DNA from: Octopus bimaculoides
Taxonomy: Eukaryota
Direction of reading: 5' to 3'
NCBI RefSeq assembly: GCF_001194135.2
Contig: NC_068983.1
Coordinates: 161,310,357-161,374,356 of the forward strand
Length of the DNA stretch: 64,000 nucleotides
Shown: positions 50,386 to 62,436 of the stretch, piece by piece
Layout of the letters: every line of letters begins with the position of its first letter
Position numbering within the stretch: position 1 is the stretch's first letter
Made by a program: the position numbers and the translations under genes
Notes under the pieces: generated by a model
Seen by the model: the letters and a program-made list of their open reading frames with translations, nothing else
The model's database searches: none
Told to the model about the DNA's origin: nothing

Positions 50386-50952
50386 ATGAGGTCTCAAAAA
50401 GTATCAGGACTGTTGCTATAGTAACAGAGCTAAAGTACACAGAGTGAAGTCACTTGGCACAGATTGACCTTGAGTTCTGTCATACAATTACATTAAGTTA
50501 TGATGTTCTTGCTTCCTTCCGTTGTTTACAGCAGGGCTTGGAAGTAGAAGTGTCTAGAGTGTTGTCATCTCAAAAAAGAAGATCAGATTTCAGCAGTGCA
50601 GGATCTCCTTCACTGTATCAAAGAAGACGAAAACGTTTTGAAAATGGGTCATAACAGGTGATAAATCATGGGTCTATGACCATGACCCTAAAACCAAAAG
50701 CTCTTCAGAGTGGAGGACCCCAAATATATCTCAAAACATCAAGGAAATCCAAGAGATTGCAACAAGGCAGTTGCTTGCTATCCCAAAAAGGCATTCCAGA
50801 AATGATTCCATCAATGGAAACAAAGTTCAATATGGTGGGTGGTTTCAGAAGGGGACTACTTTGAAGGAGATTAAATGCCAAATTGCTATGGGTTGTAGTT
50901 TTTGTTATATAGCACCAGTCCTGACCCTGGCATTCTTTGATCAGATCTCACA
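50386..50952 (+). mobile_element. Degenerate mariner element
   Basis: TIR-like TGAGGTCTCAAAAAGTATCAGGACT and AGTCCTG...TTTGATCAGATCTCA; GDKSWVYDHDPKTK (cf. GDETWVYxYDPETK); GDYFEG terminus. Confidence 0.8.
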
Positions 50953-51053
50953 TACACATCATGCCTATATGTATCTCACTCTCTATCGCTCTCTCTCACA
51001 TATAGACTCATTATACACACACATGTATATATATATGTATACTTGTATGTATG

Positions 51054-51107
<54 letters not shown>

Positions 51108-51919
51108 TAAAGGGCAGGGAATCGTCAATTAATAATAAAATTAATAATTAACAATTTTGCCGGGTAGCTCAGTATGAAAAAACCTTATCGGTAAAACCAT
51201 TTATAATCATAAATTAGAGAAAAATTTGTAGTTTTGGAATCAGTAGTTCTTTGGCTGCTATTTCTGAATTCTCAGTATGTTGGAGAAGCAGGATACTGCT
51301 AATCCCTATATATTTATGATTTTATATATATATNNNNNNNNNNNNNNNNNNNNNNNNNNNNNNNNNNNNNNNNNNNNNNNNNNNNNNNNNNNNNNNNNNN
51401 NNNNNNNNNNNNNNNNNNNNNNNNNNNNNNNNNNNNNNNNNNNNNNNNNNNNNNNNNNNNNNNNNNNNNNNNNNNNNNNNNNNNNNNNNNNNNNNNNNNN
51501 NNNNNNNNNNNNNNNNNNNNNNNNNNNNNNNNNNNNNNNNNNNNNNNNNNNNNNNNNNNNNNNNNNNNNNNNNNNNNNNNNNNNNNNNNNNNNNNNNNNN
51601 NNNNNNNNNNNNNNNNNNNNNNNNNNNNNNNNNNNNNNNNNNNNNNNNNNNNNNNNNNNNNNNNNNNNNNNNNNNNNNNNNNNNNNNNNNNNNNNNNNNN
51701 NNNNNNNNNNNNNNNNNNNNNNNNNNNNNNNNNNNNNNNNNNNNNNNNNNNNNNNNNNNNNNNNNNNNNNNNNNNNNNNNNNNNNNNNNNNNNNNNNNNN
51801 NNNNNNNNNNNNNNNNNNNNNNNNNNNNNNNNNNNNNNNNNNNNNNNNNNNNNNNNNNNNNNNNNNNNNNNNNNNNNNNNNNNNNNNNNNNNNNNNNNNN
51901 NNNNNNNNNNNNNNNNNNN

Positions 51920-52220
51920 TTAAGAGTGGGAGGTGGGGCATTTAAGAGTGGGAGGTGGGGCATTTAAGAGTGGGAGGTGGGGCATTTAAGAGTGAGAGGT
52001 GGCTTTATGCCCGGCATTGAAAGGCTAAATATGAAAGAGGTGACAAGAATAGATGTTTGGCTATAGAGGAGATATGCGGCTACGTAACATTATACAGGGG
52101 TGGGTGGGAGTAGTTGGGAGGGAGATAACGAGGGATATGATGGAGTGCCAGAGCAAACTCTCAAGGTACAAGAAAGTGAGCGTAAGAGAGAATATGGACA
52201 GTGGATGATGAGCGTTATTA
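51920..52220 (-). mobile_element. Probable LINE 3' end with a 22-bp tandem-repeat tail
   Basis: TAAGAGTGGGAGGTGGGGCATT x3 plus a partial unit (51920-52005), running into a gap; the adjacent purine-rich stretch resembles 57880-58060. Confidence 0.5.
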
Positions 52221-52464
52221 ATCCAATTACCATGCTAGCATGAGTGAGACAAATGAATAAATGAAGCATTATTTTTTTATATCTAAGCTGCCCTTCCTAT
52301 CATTAACCCACATCTGTTTTTCAAGTGAGAGATCTCTTATTTCACATATCTTCAAAGACCTAAAACCAGCAGATGATTTGTTGACATCAGACATGACAAC
52401 AACAGTTAGATATAGCATTTTCTCAGTATTCCAACCCTAACCTTTACTCTAGGGTCTCAAAAGT

Positions 52465-52808
52465 TAAAGACCCCCTTTGGTCATGAATGACCATGGGATT
52501 GCACCTAGAAAGTTACCCTCCAAGGCACAAGTTTGGGCAAGGTAGTTTATGGAAGACCAGCATTTGACCATGCATACCAGCTTCCCTTCCCCTGTCCACG
52601 CCACCGATGTTATCCAAGGCAAGGGCAAAGGCCAATGCAGTTTGGCACCAGTGATATCACAACTCATTTCTACAGCTGAATGAACTGGAGCAACGTGAAA
52701 TAAAGTGTCTTGCTCAAGAACACAACACACATCCCAGTCCAGGAATCAAACTCACTACCTCATGATTGGGAGCTCAATGCTCTAACCACTAAGCCATGTG
52801 CCTTCACT
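52465..52808 (-). mobile_element. tRNA-derived SINE, family E
   Basis: Head GTGAAGGCACATGGCTTAGTGGTTAGAGC..GTTTGATTCC, then GTGTTCTTGAGCAAGACACTTTATTTCACGTTGCTCCAG; diverged relatives at -40435-40580 and +9020-9180. Confidence 0.8.
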
Positions 52809-52939
52809 CTAGGATCTTATTATCCGAAAATTCAAGTCTAAAATTATCAGTCTATATTTCAAGAGATTGTTATAATAGACTCATCTGTTACATTGACCAG
52901 ATCACATATAAACAAATAAATCTATCTATTATATATATT

Positions 52940-53365
52940 CGTCGTCGTCGTTTAACGTCTGCTTTCCATGCTAGCATGGGTTGGACGATTTGACTGAGGA
53001 CTGGTGAAACCAGATGGCTACACCAGGCTCCAATCTGATTTGGCAGAGTTTCTACAGCTGGATGCCCTTCTTAACGCCAACCACTCAGAGTGTAGTGGGT
53101 GCTTTTACGTGTCACCCGCACGAAGGCCAGTCAGGCGGTACTAGCAACGGCCACTCTCAAAATGGTGCATTTCATGTGCCACCCGCACAAAAAAAAAAAA
53201 AAAAAAAAAGATTTCATGTGTCGCCCGCACATGAGCCAGTCCAGGGGAACCAGCAACGATCTCGCTCAAAAATCCTACAACGGCCCCGCACAAGAGCCAG
53301 TCCAGGGGCACTGGCAACAGTCTCGCTCGAAAAATTTCTTGCGTCACCCGCACACGAGCCAGTCC
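52940..53365 (-). mobile_element. Family-D SINE with extra internal modules
   Basis: Reverse copy with repeated CCCGCACA(A/C)GAGCCAGTCC modules; inverted relative to 50011-50375 and 47009-47308 in the same COG3 intron. Confidence 0.9.
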
Positions 53366-53803
53366 CAACATTATAATGTCAGTGTTGGTTATAGTTTTCC
53401 AGCAAGTCAATCACTGGTTCACTGCATTTATAATGGAAAGAGTGACAAAAGAATATTAGCGACTCTGCATTGCTGGGGTCGTGAGTGAGTCGTTAACCTA
53501 TTATTTCCACTAGTACTCAGCTCTCACTTGTGGCCCCAGCAATGTAGAAGTAGGTATTGACAGAAGCGTGCATACAGGCAAACATAAATACATGCATTAC
53601 AAACATGCAAGTACTCCCTTGATCTGCAAGAACTAGCAGTTAAATACTTTCAATCCACATCTTACCATTTTAGAAAAGAGCAAATAAGAAAATGTAGTCC
53701 TAGATTCATAATGCTTAAATAAAAGACGGAAAGCATTTGGAGCTGAACATAACAGAATACAGAAATTAGATTTGTATATTCAGGGAATTCTTTGTATTTG
53801 AAT

Positions 53804-53851
<48 letters not shown>

Positions 53852-54299
53852 ATGCATGTGCATAAGAGAGAGAGAGAGAGAGAGTATTCATATTGGCAGC
53901 TAGTCACTATCAGTTTTCTTTTTATGATTAAGTAGAATGATTAATTATGATGAAAATAGATTTTAGATAATTTTTTTAAATAAATAAAGAAGCAACTAAA
54001 TGACTTTTTAATGTATATTGTTTGTCACCAACACTTTAATCAAATGCTAACACAATGAATTAATTGAGAATGAGCCAATAAGGGAGCCTCCAAATGGTTA
54101 GTTGATCTGCTTGAAATAGCAGCAAAATTTCTTTCAAGTCACACCCTGTCACTGAAAAATATGATCCTGAGTTCCTTATATATATATAACAGTTGGAACA
54201 CTTTTGGTCAAAATCTGCTACATCAGGGCTGGTCTAAAGTCAAACAGCAACTGAGAATATTAATGATAGTTAAAAACAAAAAATTCAATAGTAACTCAC

Positions 54300-54420
54300 A
54301 TTTCATTTTGCTAAAATCCAATGATGTTTCTCTAATACTAAAATCAGCCTGGAATGGTGCAATCTGTTCTCGTAGAATCAGTAAATGTTTTATCATAAAC
54401 ATCTGACCATCTAGTAAGGT
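54300..54420 (-). CDS. COG3: COG3 coding exon
   Basis: tcgttttttaaag|ACCTTA...ATGAAAT|gtgagt; 121 nt, phase 0->1; [40 protein letters not shown]. Confidence 0.98.
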
Positions 54421-55151
54421 CTTTAAAAAACGAAAGAAAAGCAATGTTGCTGAATTAGTTTTGACATGTCTCACTTTTAAAGAGTTATGAAAGAAATAGA
54501 AAAATCAGTAGACTAGTTTATTGATGTAATTTGCATTCAATTCTTCTTAGTTCTCTAAACCACCAAAGTAATTATCAATGCGATCAATGCTTTATAAAGC
54601 CATTTTCTCTTTATTCTAACCTGCTTTATTGTCATTTAAGAAGAGTAATGCTAGTCTAGAAATAATATATCAATGATTATAACACTAAATTAAATCATCA
54701 TACTCAAGGCAGAAACAAGAACCTTAAACATGGATTTATACCAATAACTGTTTCAAAGCTTAAGAAAAATCTTTCTAATATTTAAATGTTATCCTCCTAA
54801 CTTAATATATGCAGACATGTTCAGACTAGTTAGAAAAGATGTCAAAACTAGGTTATTTAGTTGAGGAAAATATTTAAACATTTTTGTAACAATTAGCAAA
54901 TTTTTCTAACGTGATTTACAGAACATATAAAATAAAATTTGATGACACAAATGGACATGACATAGATGCAATAAGGAATGAGCTAGTAAGTACTTTTTAT
55001 GAATTTGGACTTACTATCATTATAATTACTAATATTATAATACTTGATTTCCAAACCAAAATATTAGTATTGGGTGAGTCACAAAATGTTATAATCATTT
55101 AAAGATCAATTTTCACAATTGTAAGTAAAAATTTACTTAAAGAAAATTTAC

Positions 55152-55241
55152 CTTTCGTTTGACAATACCTTCTTTAGCAACATTTAAACTTTTTATACAA
55201 GATTGTAGAGCTTCCTGTGAAAGTCCTTGGAATGTTGTTCG
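55152..55241 (-). CDS. COG3: COG3 coding exon
   Basis: aattctttcag|CGAACA...CGAAAG|gtaaat; 90 nt, phase 0->0; RTTFQGLSQEALQSCIKSLNVAKEGIVKRK. Confidence 0.97.
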
Positions 55242-55639
55242 CTGAAAGAATTGGAACATAAAATTATGCACTACTAATGCAGAAAACATCAAAATAGCAT
55301 AGAAAATAACAGCAGTTATTAATGCAAATAAAAACAAAATAAGATACATATGCTAAATTGTTAAAATAACTCTTTACTAATTAGTTAATGAAACAGAAGT
55401 TTACTTCTTTCAATTTATCACAGGATCTTTCATCATTGTATCTTGTATACATAGTATCTTTTCATTCACAGTCTGAAAAAAATATTCTTTTTACATTAAC
55501 ACAAGGCCTTAGACATGTACACTGGTGAGATCGGAATTCAAAATTGAAGCATTTTAACCTAAACACTGTAAGATATTACTTTAACCTACTACATCAGCAC
55601 TTCTACCATTCTATTGTTCTGGGTGAATGTAAATCAAGA

Positions 55640-55810
55640 TTTCTCTCTCAGAAGGGAGTGTACAATCAATTAAGTTGACTCAGTATATCATTGGTATATA
55701 TTTAACTGATAATGAAAGGATGAAAGGTAAAGTTGTCCTAGGCAAGATTTGAACTCAGAACATAAAGGGATGTTACTATATAGCACAAACCATTTTGTGT
55801 CAGGCATTCA
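55640..55810 (-). mobile_element. Family-B SINE, diverged
   Basis: GGATGAAAGGTAAAGTTG..GATTTGAACTCAGAAC core. Confidence 0.7.
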
Positions 55811-55836
55811 AAAGTTTGTGCTACTTACTACCCTCA

Positions 55837-56219
55837 TTGGCACTCCATCGGTTACAACGACGAGGGTTCCAGTTCATCCGATCAACAGAACAGCCTGCTC
55901 GTGAAATTAAAGTGCAAGTAGTTGAGCACTCCACAGACACGTGTACCCTTAATGTAGTTCTCGGGGGAGATTCAGCATGACACAGAGTGTGACAAGGCTG
56001 ACCCTTTGAAATACAGGTACAACAGAAACATGAAATAAGAGTGAGAGAAAGTTGTGGTGAAAGAGTACAGCAGGGTTCGCCACCATCCCCTGCCGGAGCC
56101 TCGTGGAGCTTTAGGTGTTTTCGCTCAATAAACACTCACAACGCCCGGTCTGGGAATCGAAACCGCGATCCTACGACCGCAAGTCCACTGCCCTAACCAC
56201 TAGGCCATTGTGCCTCCAC
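55837..56219 (-). mobile_element. tRNA-derived SINE, family A
   Basis: Colinear high-identity copy of 299-678; lies in a COG3 intron, sense to the transcript. Confidence 0.9.
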
Positions 56220-56574
56220 ACTTACTACCTAAGTGAATAATAAAGAACTCTTATCTCATCTTCTATTATAGCCATTTAATCTATAAACTCTTCCTTTCAA
56301 GTTGATAATATGAAACAAGAAATACAGTACAAGATGGCTTTCCTCATTCCTACTAATCTGCACTATGACTAATGTAAATTCTACAAATTTGACACAAAAT
56401 ACAAACTCATATGGAGTAAAATACTTGATAAGATTTGCCATTTATGTATAATAAACACAATGTGAATAATAAGTGTAAGATGAATTTATTAAACACATAC
56501 ATTGAGAAGAATATTCACAGGAATATTCACCTGTAGATACACAAATGTACACATACACATGACACCCAATCACA

Positions 56575-56650
<76 letters not shown>

Positions 56651-56681
56651 TAAACTTGCTTCAACTAAAAATTCAACTTAC

Positions 56682-56791
56682 TGCAATACACCGATAGAGT
56701 TTAGACAAAGTGACCAAAGTTCTTCTTACTGTTGGATACCACATACCATGGAGATCAGCAGGTGACATGGGCATTGAAGACGAGTGAGTTT
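56682..56791 (-). CDS. COG3: COG3 coding exon
   Basis: ctattttcag|AAACTC...ATTGCA|gtaagt; 110 nt, phase 1->0; [37 protein letters not shown] (human [29 protein letters not shown]). Confidence 0.98.
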
Positions 56792-57499
56792 CTGAAAATA
56801 GAATAGGAATGTTTTCAAAATTCATAAACCACCGAACATTTCATTGATTTCAGTATTACAGAGTCTTTGAATATTTGCTACTCTAATAGCTATATGCCAG
56901 AATTCTTTAGCATATCAGTTACATAACAAAATATATTAAGTCTACTATTTTAAAAATCACCATCATCAATTTGACATTCACTTTTCCATGCTTGCATGGG
57001 TTAGAGACAATTTGTTGAGGCAGATTTCCTGTGACCAGATGCCCTGCATGTTACCAACTCTTACCTGTTTCCAAGCAAGACAAACAACACTCATTTATAG
57101 CTATCACACAATGTCAAGACATGGGACATAAACACATACATGCACAATGGTCTTCTTTCATTTTCAGACTACCAAATCCACTCACAAGGTTTTGTTCAGT
57201 TTGAGGCTACAGTAGGAAGCACTTGTTCAAAATACCATGTAGTGGGACTGAACCAGAAACCACAAGCTGGGAAGCAAGCTTAAATAGACACAACCTTAAC
57301 AGAATAAGGAAAGATCTAGTTTGTTTTTTAAAAAATCTGAACTTGCAAGTACTAATATCACAACAGCTGATTTCCTCAATATAACTTTAATGCAGGTTAA
57401 TATAAACCATACAGAAAGCAAAATGGAAAATTCTGTTATACTAACAAAAGCTGCAAACACTGCCTACCATCATTTTAAGAATCTTGTCAGCAATATTCT

Positions 57500-57710
57500 T
57501 TTCTACTTTAGGCATATGGCCCAAAATTTTTGGGGTGGAGGCCAGTTGATTAGATTGACATCAGTATGCAACTGGTACTTAATTCATTGAAGCCGAAAGG
57601 GTGAAAGGTAAAGTTGACCTCAGCAGAATTTGAACTCAGAATGTAAAGACAGTCAAAATACCATTAAGAATTTCGCCCAGCATGCTAACGCTTCTGCCAG
57701 CTCACCACCT
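57500..57710 (-). mobile_element. Family-B SINE
   Basis: Core match. Confidence 0.8.
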
Positions 57711-58599
57711 ATCTCATTAGCAATATTACTAATAGACAAAGGAACTGGCCGGATGTCATTCCTTTTACCAACTACTTTATAGAGTGCAATGGGTGCTTTT
57801 TTTGTTACTTCACAACTCACAAGACCAAAGTGCCTTCTCAATTGAGAAGCCGAATAGAGGTGGTTACTTTATGCAAGATGTTGAAAGGTTAAAATATGAC
57901 AGGAGGGAGAGTAAGAGGCTTATTGTTGTAGAGAAGATTCATGACTAACTTGCATTTTTACATGGCTTGATGGGGATGGCTGGAGAGGTGCCTGAGAGAG
58001 AGAGAGGTAGATTAGGTGGAGACAAGATGCCAGAACATACCCTCAAGATAACATGTTCAAGTGTAAATAAATACAAAACTGATCTAAAGACCAGATAAAT
58101 TTACCTCCACTAGTTTAAAGCCTCTAAAAACACATTCTTGATGATTTCATTTCCAAAGCAAGCAGTTCAGCTGCATCTAGTGTGTGTGTGTGTGTGTACG
58201 TGAGTGCATGTATGCGCATGTACATGTGTGCATATACTGGTGTAAAATAATGCATGAAGTTTACAATCCTTTTCGCAAGGAAATGGTAAGATTCTGCTTT
58301 TCTGTTTACCTATTTTTCTCCCATCTTTTAGTCAGAAAGAAAGGCAGTGCCCATGATGAGTGTAACACTTCACATGGTCCCCAAGATTGATGAGAAAAAA
58401 GGAGGAAGGTATCCTCAAACTAGAGATCTGGCCCAAATGCACTTTAAGTGTCAGGTGGTGGTGTTAACCAAATCAGAGGATTAAGTAAGCCACAGCAGTA
58501 TTTGAACTTAGAATGCAAAAAGTCAGAACAAACACTACAATGTATTCAGTCTGACATTATTACAATTCTAATCTACTGCACTGGATTAACACTTTTTTA

Positions 58600-59200
58600 A
58601 TCATCATCAAGATCTCATTGGGATGCCACTCTAGATGCTTTTGCAGCCAGTCATCACCACTAGTTAGTTCTCTGTCATGAGAAGCAGGTTCACAGTCTTG
58701 TAACCTGTCCAGCCTTTGACATTGTCAAACCAGGATCTTCTCTGTCTGCCTACCTTCGACTGTGCCCTGAACAATGGTTTGGATAAGAAGCTGTTGCTGG
58801 ATAGGTGACTGTACCATGAAAGCTTTCATCTTTTTACCTGTTCAAGGAGAGGTTCTTGCCTGCCAGTGTATTTGTTTACTTTCTGCCTGACAAAGCTATT
58901 CATTTTGTGCTCTATGTACAGGATGTGTAGCAGCTTTTTGAAGCACTTGTGCTCAAATGCCTGGATTCTTCACTCCATGTCAGCTGAAGGAGTCCAGCTC
59001 CCACACCCATATAGAAGGATCAAAGTCACCAGGGACTTGTACATTTTGAGTCTTGTTGGAAAACTAATGAAATTAATTTTCCACATGGTGTTCAACTTTG
59101 ACATGGCAAGAGATGAGGCTGAGTCTTATTGTTCTCTCTTTTTGAGATCTGCTGTCCTTGGTCAAAACAAAAGCAGACTACTATGGAACAAATATTTAAT
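58600..59200 (-). mobile_element. RTE-clade LINE, 3' segment with (GAT)n tail
   Basis: KYL...LTKDSRSQKE..LAMSKLNTMW..SFPTRLKMYKSLVTLILLYGCGSWT...RIQAFEHKCFKKLLHI...KLSWYSHL; tail TGATGATGA at 58600-58609. Confidence 0.88.
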
Positions 59201-59266
59201 ATTCGATTTTACTCTGTCCAACCCATGCCAGCATGGAAAGCGGACGTTAAACGATGATGATGATGA

Positions 59267-59775
59267 CTGAGAAACATCTGCAGCACCAATCTGATCTCTA
59301 TCACAACTTCAACTTCAAAAAAAGCCCTTGACCATGTTTGGTGCAATGGGCTGTAGCAGATGATGAAGAATTGCAACTTTGACAACAACCTCATCGAAGT
59401 AACCAACACTACAAGACATCCTGTATGAAAATTCAAGCAGTGCAGTTCTCCTGAACAACACCAGAGAATTCTTCAGGACAACAGTAGGTGTTCAGCAAGG
59501 ATGTCTCCTCTCTCATATGCTTTTCAACATCTTCCAGGAAAACATCATGCAGGAGATACTTCAAGGCCTTCATCTCTCTCTGTCTCCACTGGAGGACAGC
59601 CCATTTCCTACCTGCACTTTGCTGATGACATTAACCTGTTATGAAGCAGTGAAAGGGGACTACAGGAGATTACCATCAGACTGGGAAAAGTATCAGGAGC
59701 ATACAGGATGGAAATAAGGCCAGAAAAGAGCAAGATCTTGGTTAAAAGTAACAACCAAAACATAGCAACCAACAC
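59267..59775 (+). mobile_element. RTE-clade LINE, RT core segment, inverted relative to its 3' segment
   Basis: EKHLQHQSDLYHNF/FKKALDHVW, FRTTVGVQQGCLLSHMLFNIF, LHFADDINL, YRMEIRPEKSKILV. Confidence 0.88.
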
Positions 59776-59948
59776 AAGGCATCCTGCTCAATGCTCTAAT
59801 GATTCAGTCACTTCACCATCTATAAATACAGATTGACAAATTAAGTACCAGACTGAAATATTGACTGGATTTAATATAATTGCTGTGAAAGCAATGCTTC
59901 AAAAAGACAGAAGTCCAATAGCTGAAACCAGTGACAATAAACGAATAC

Positions 59949-60114
59949 CTGTAGATGGACCTATAACTTCAGTGAAGCCATCACTGTCAGTTTTCTTATT
60001 CTCCTCTGTTGATTCTTGAACAGCAGTTATCTGAGCAACTTCCATACTTGTGCTTGAAGCATTCGATGCACTTCTTGAGTGTTGTTGAGTTTTCCTAATG
60101 TTTTCTGATATACT
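59949..60114 (-). CDS. COG3: COG3, poorly conserved Ser/Thr-rich linker exon
   Basis: ttctattttgcag|AGTATA...TCTACAG|gtattc; 166 nt, phase 0->1; SISENIRKTQQHSRSASNASSTSMEVAQITAVQESTEENKKTDSDGFTEVIGPST; it is the exon found that bridges phase 0 to phase 1 between the conserved neighbours. Confidence 0.85.
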
Positions 60115-62275
60115 CTGCAAAATAGAACAAGAAAATGGAGCAGGATGTTTTAAAATTCTTTATAAATATAAATAACTTATAAAATGACAAATGAATAATC
60201 AACAACATTTAGAGTCTCTCTTTCATGCTGGCATGGGTTGGACAGTTTGATAGGATCCAATGAGTCAGAGGACTGCACTGAGCTCAATATAGTTTGTTTC
60301 TAAGGTTGGATGCCAACCACTTTATGAGAAAGCACTGCAAGCCTTTTTTCTTTTTTTTCATGACACCAACACTAGTGAGGTTGCCATGTAACTCACAAAA
60401 CAAAGAAAAAGACTCTTGACTGAGTGGAAGGTGGCTTTCTTTTTCTGTATTCACCTCAATGACTATCTCATTCAGTTTTTCCTAACACATAGACATCAAA
60501 ATATGGATCCAGAAACTCATTATAAATATGTTGTGATGTTTTGTGAATCCTATTTTCATGACCTGACATTTAATAACACTACAATAAGCTTTCTTATTTA
60601 CAGAGAAAATATTGTAGCTGCACAAAACAGGAACGTCATACAATCAGCGAGTGTTGATTATTGTGCAGTGAGCAGTGGGCAGTTCAAGTTCACCTGTAGA
60701 CTAAAAGGAAACAACAGAGAACTATTCTCAAACTCATTCCCAAACCACAACCTTCCACTCATCTCACTCAACCCTACCTGCTTATCTAGGTAGCAGTTGA
60801 TATAGAATATGAATCACAGTTGAGTCCTACATTTAACTCATTTCATACAGGTACCCCTATCAAAATCAATAGCTTTACTCGTCATTATACTATTTACATC
60901 CACTTTTCTAAGCTTGCACAGGTCAAATGGAAATTACTAAGGCAGATTTTCTGTGGTGGAATGCCTTTCCTGTTGCAAACCCTTCCATATTTCAAAGCAA
61001 GATAAGTAGCACCCCATGAATGGATATGTTTACACAGCAGATTAGAAGGACTCTGCTTGTTTGACTGAAACATTTCTTACAACTATCACACTATTTCAAG
61101 AAAAGGACACACACACACACACACACTTGCACACTGCCTCTTTCACTATCCATCTACAAAATCCACTCACAAGGCTTTACTTGGCCCAGGGCTCAAGGTG
61201 CTATGCACTGAGCCCAAAACCATTTGGTTAGGAAGGAAGCTTGAACCACACAGCCATGCCTGCACCTACTCAATTACATACAACTCTTTGACCATAAGAG
61301 TTGCAATATCAAATACATATGATAGGCACTGGTATAACTATAGGCAGAGTGGTTAAACTTACATCACAACTATATGGGTTTGCATTCAGTCCTACTGTGT
61401 AACACCTTGGACAAGTGTCTTCTAAAGTCTCAAGTTGACTAATGCTTTGTGAATTTAATCTGGTAAATGGAAAGTGCCCATCATATATACAAATATAAAT
61501 AAATGTGTGTATGGGTGCATGTGTGCCTGTACATTTGTGTGTATATGTGTCTTTATCTGTGTTGATGTGTAGTGGCTTTGCAGCAACACCTCTTGAGCAG
61601 AAGTGACATTTATGTCTGCATAAACAGTAATCCAGCAGTTTTGACATGCAAAAAACCAGTGGGATAGTAGAGAACCTCACTTGAAAACAAACACAGCTTA
61701 GCATCAAGAAGGGCGTCCAACTGTAGACAACTGTTTCAAGAAGTCTCATTCAACTATGATGACAATACTTTATTGAGCTGTGAATGCAGAAGAAAATCTT
61801 ATCCACTCTTTAGTTTTGTATTTAAGCATTCTTTCTACAACTGGGCACATTAATACTCAAAACTGAATTAAGCCTAAACTGAGAAAATTAGAAGCATCCA
61901 TTTAAAAAAAAAATTGTATCAGCTTGTAGTTTAACTCCAAGCTAGCTCTGATCTAGCATATCTACAATGGAAGCCATTCCAACCATAATTAACCTATCTC
62001 TTATTCAGACATAATGCATCTAGAACTACATTAGTCAAATTGTTTTATCCATTTTTAAAATAATAGAGTGTCATCCAAGAGAGATTTGGCATCTATTACT
62101 AGCAAGATGAGTAATTATAAAGAGACTACTTTGTTAGTTCATTTTACCTAGAAAATTGTATTAGAACTGTTCTCTTTTTAGAAAAGTGGCATAACAAACA
62201 CGACAAGTGGAAATGAATTAGCACACAGTTGAAATAATTATGTAATATTTTAAAGGGTAGCTTTATGTTCTTTAC

Positions 62276-62436
62276 CTCCATCATTTCTAGCTTCTCTGGA
62301 TATGCTAAATCTCCTGATGCAGCATTATACATGAAGATATCATTCTTGATGTAGATATATGTTCTATAAACAAGTCGCTCTTGAACATCCATAAGCATTT
62401 GATTGCAAATATTCTCAAAGGCCTTCAGTTCTTGAG
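62276..62436 (-). CDS. COG3: Conserved oligomeric Golgi complex subunit 3, coding exon (first in window)
   Basis: ttttgttgtag|CTCAAG...ATGGAG|gtaaag; 161 nt, phase 1->0; [53 protein letters not shown] vs human [42 protein letters not shown]. Confidence 0.97.

Noticed and set aside
16094-51963. The longest ORFs in the track (poly-[13 protein letters not shown])
   Set aside because: They arise from N gaps and dinucleotide microsatellites that lack stop codons.
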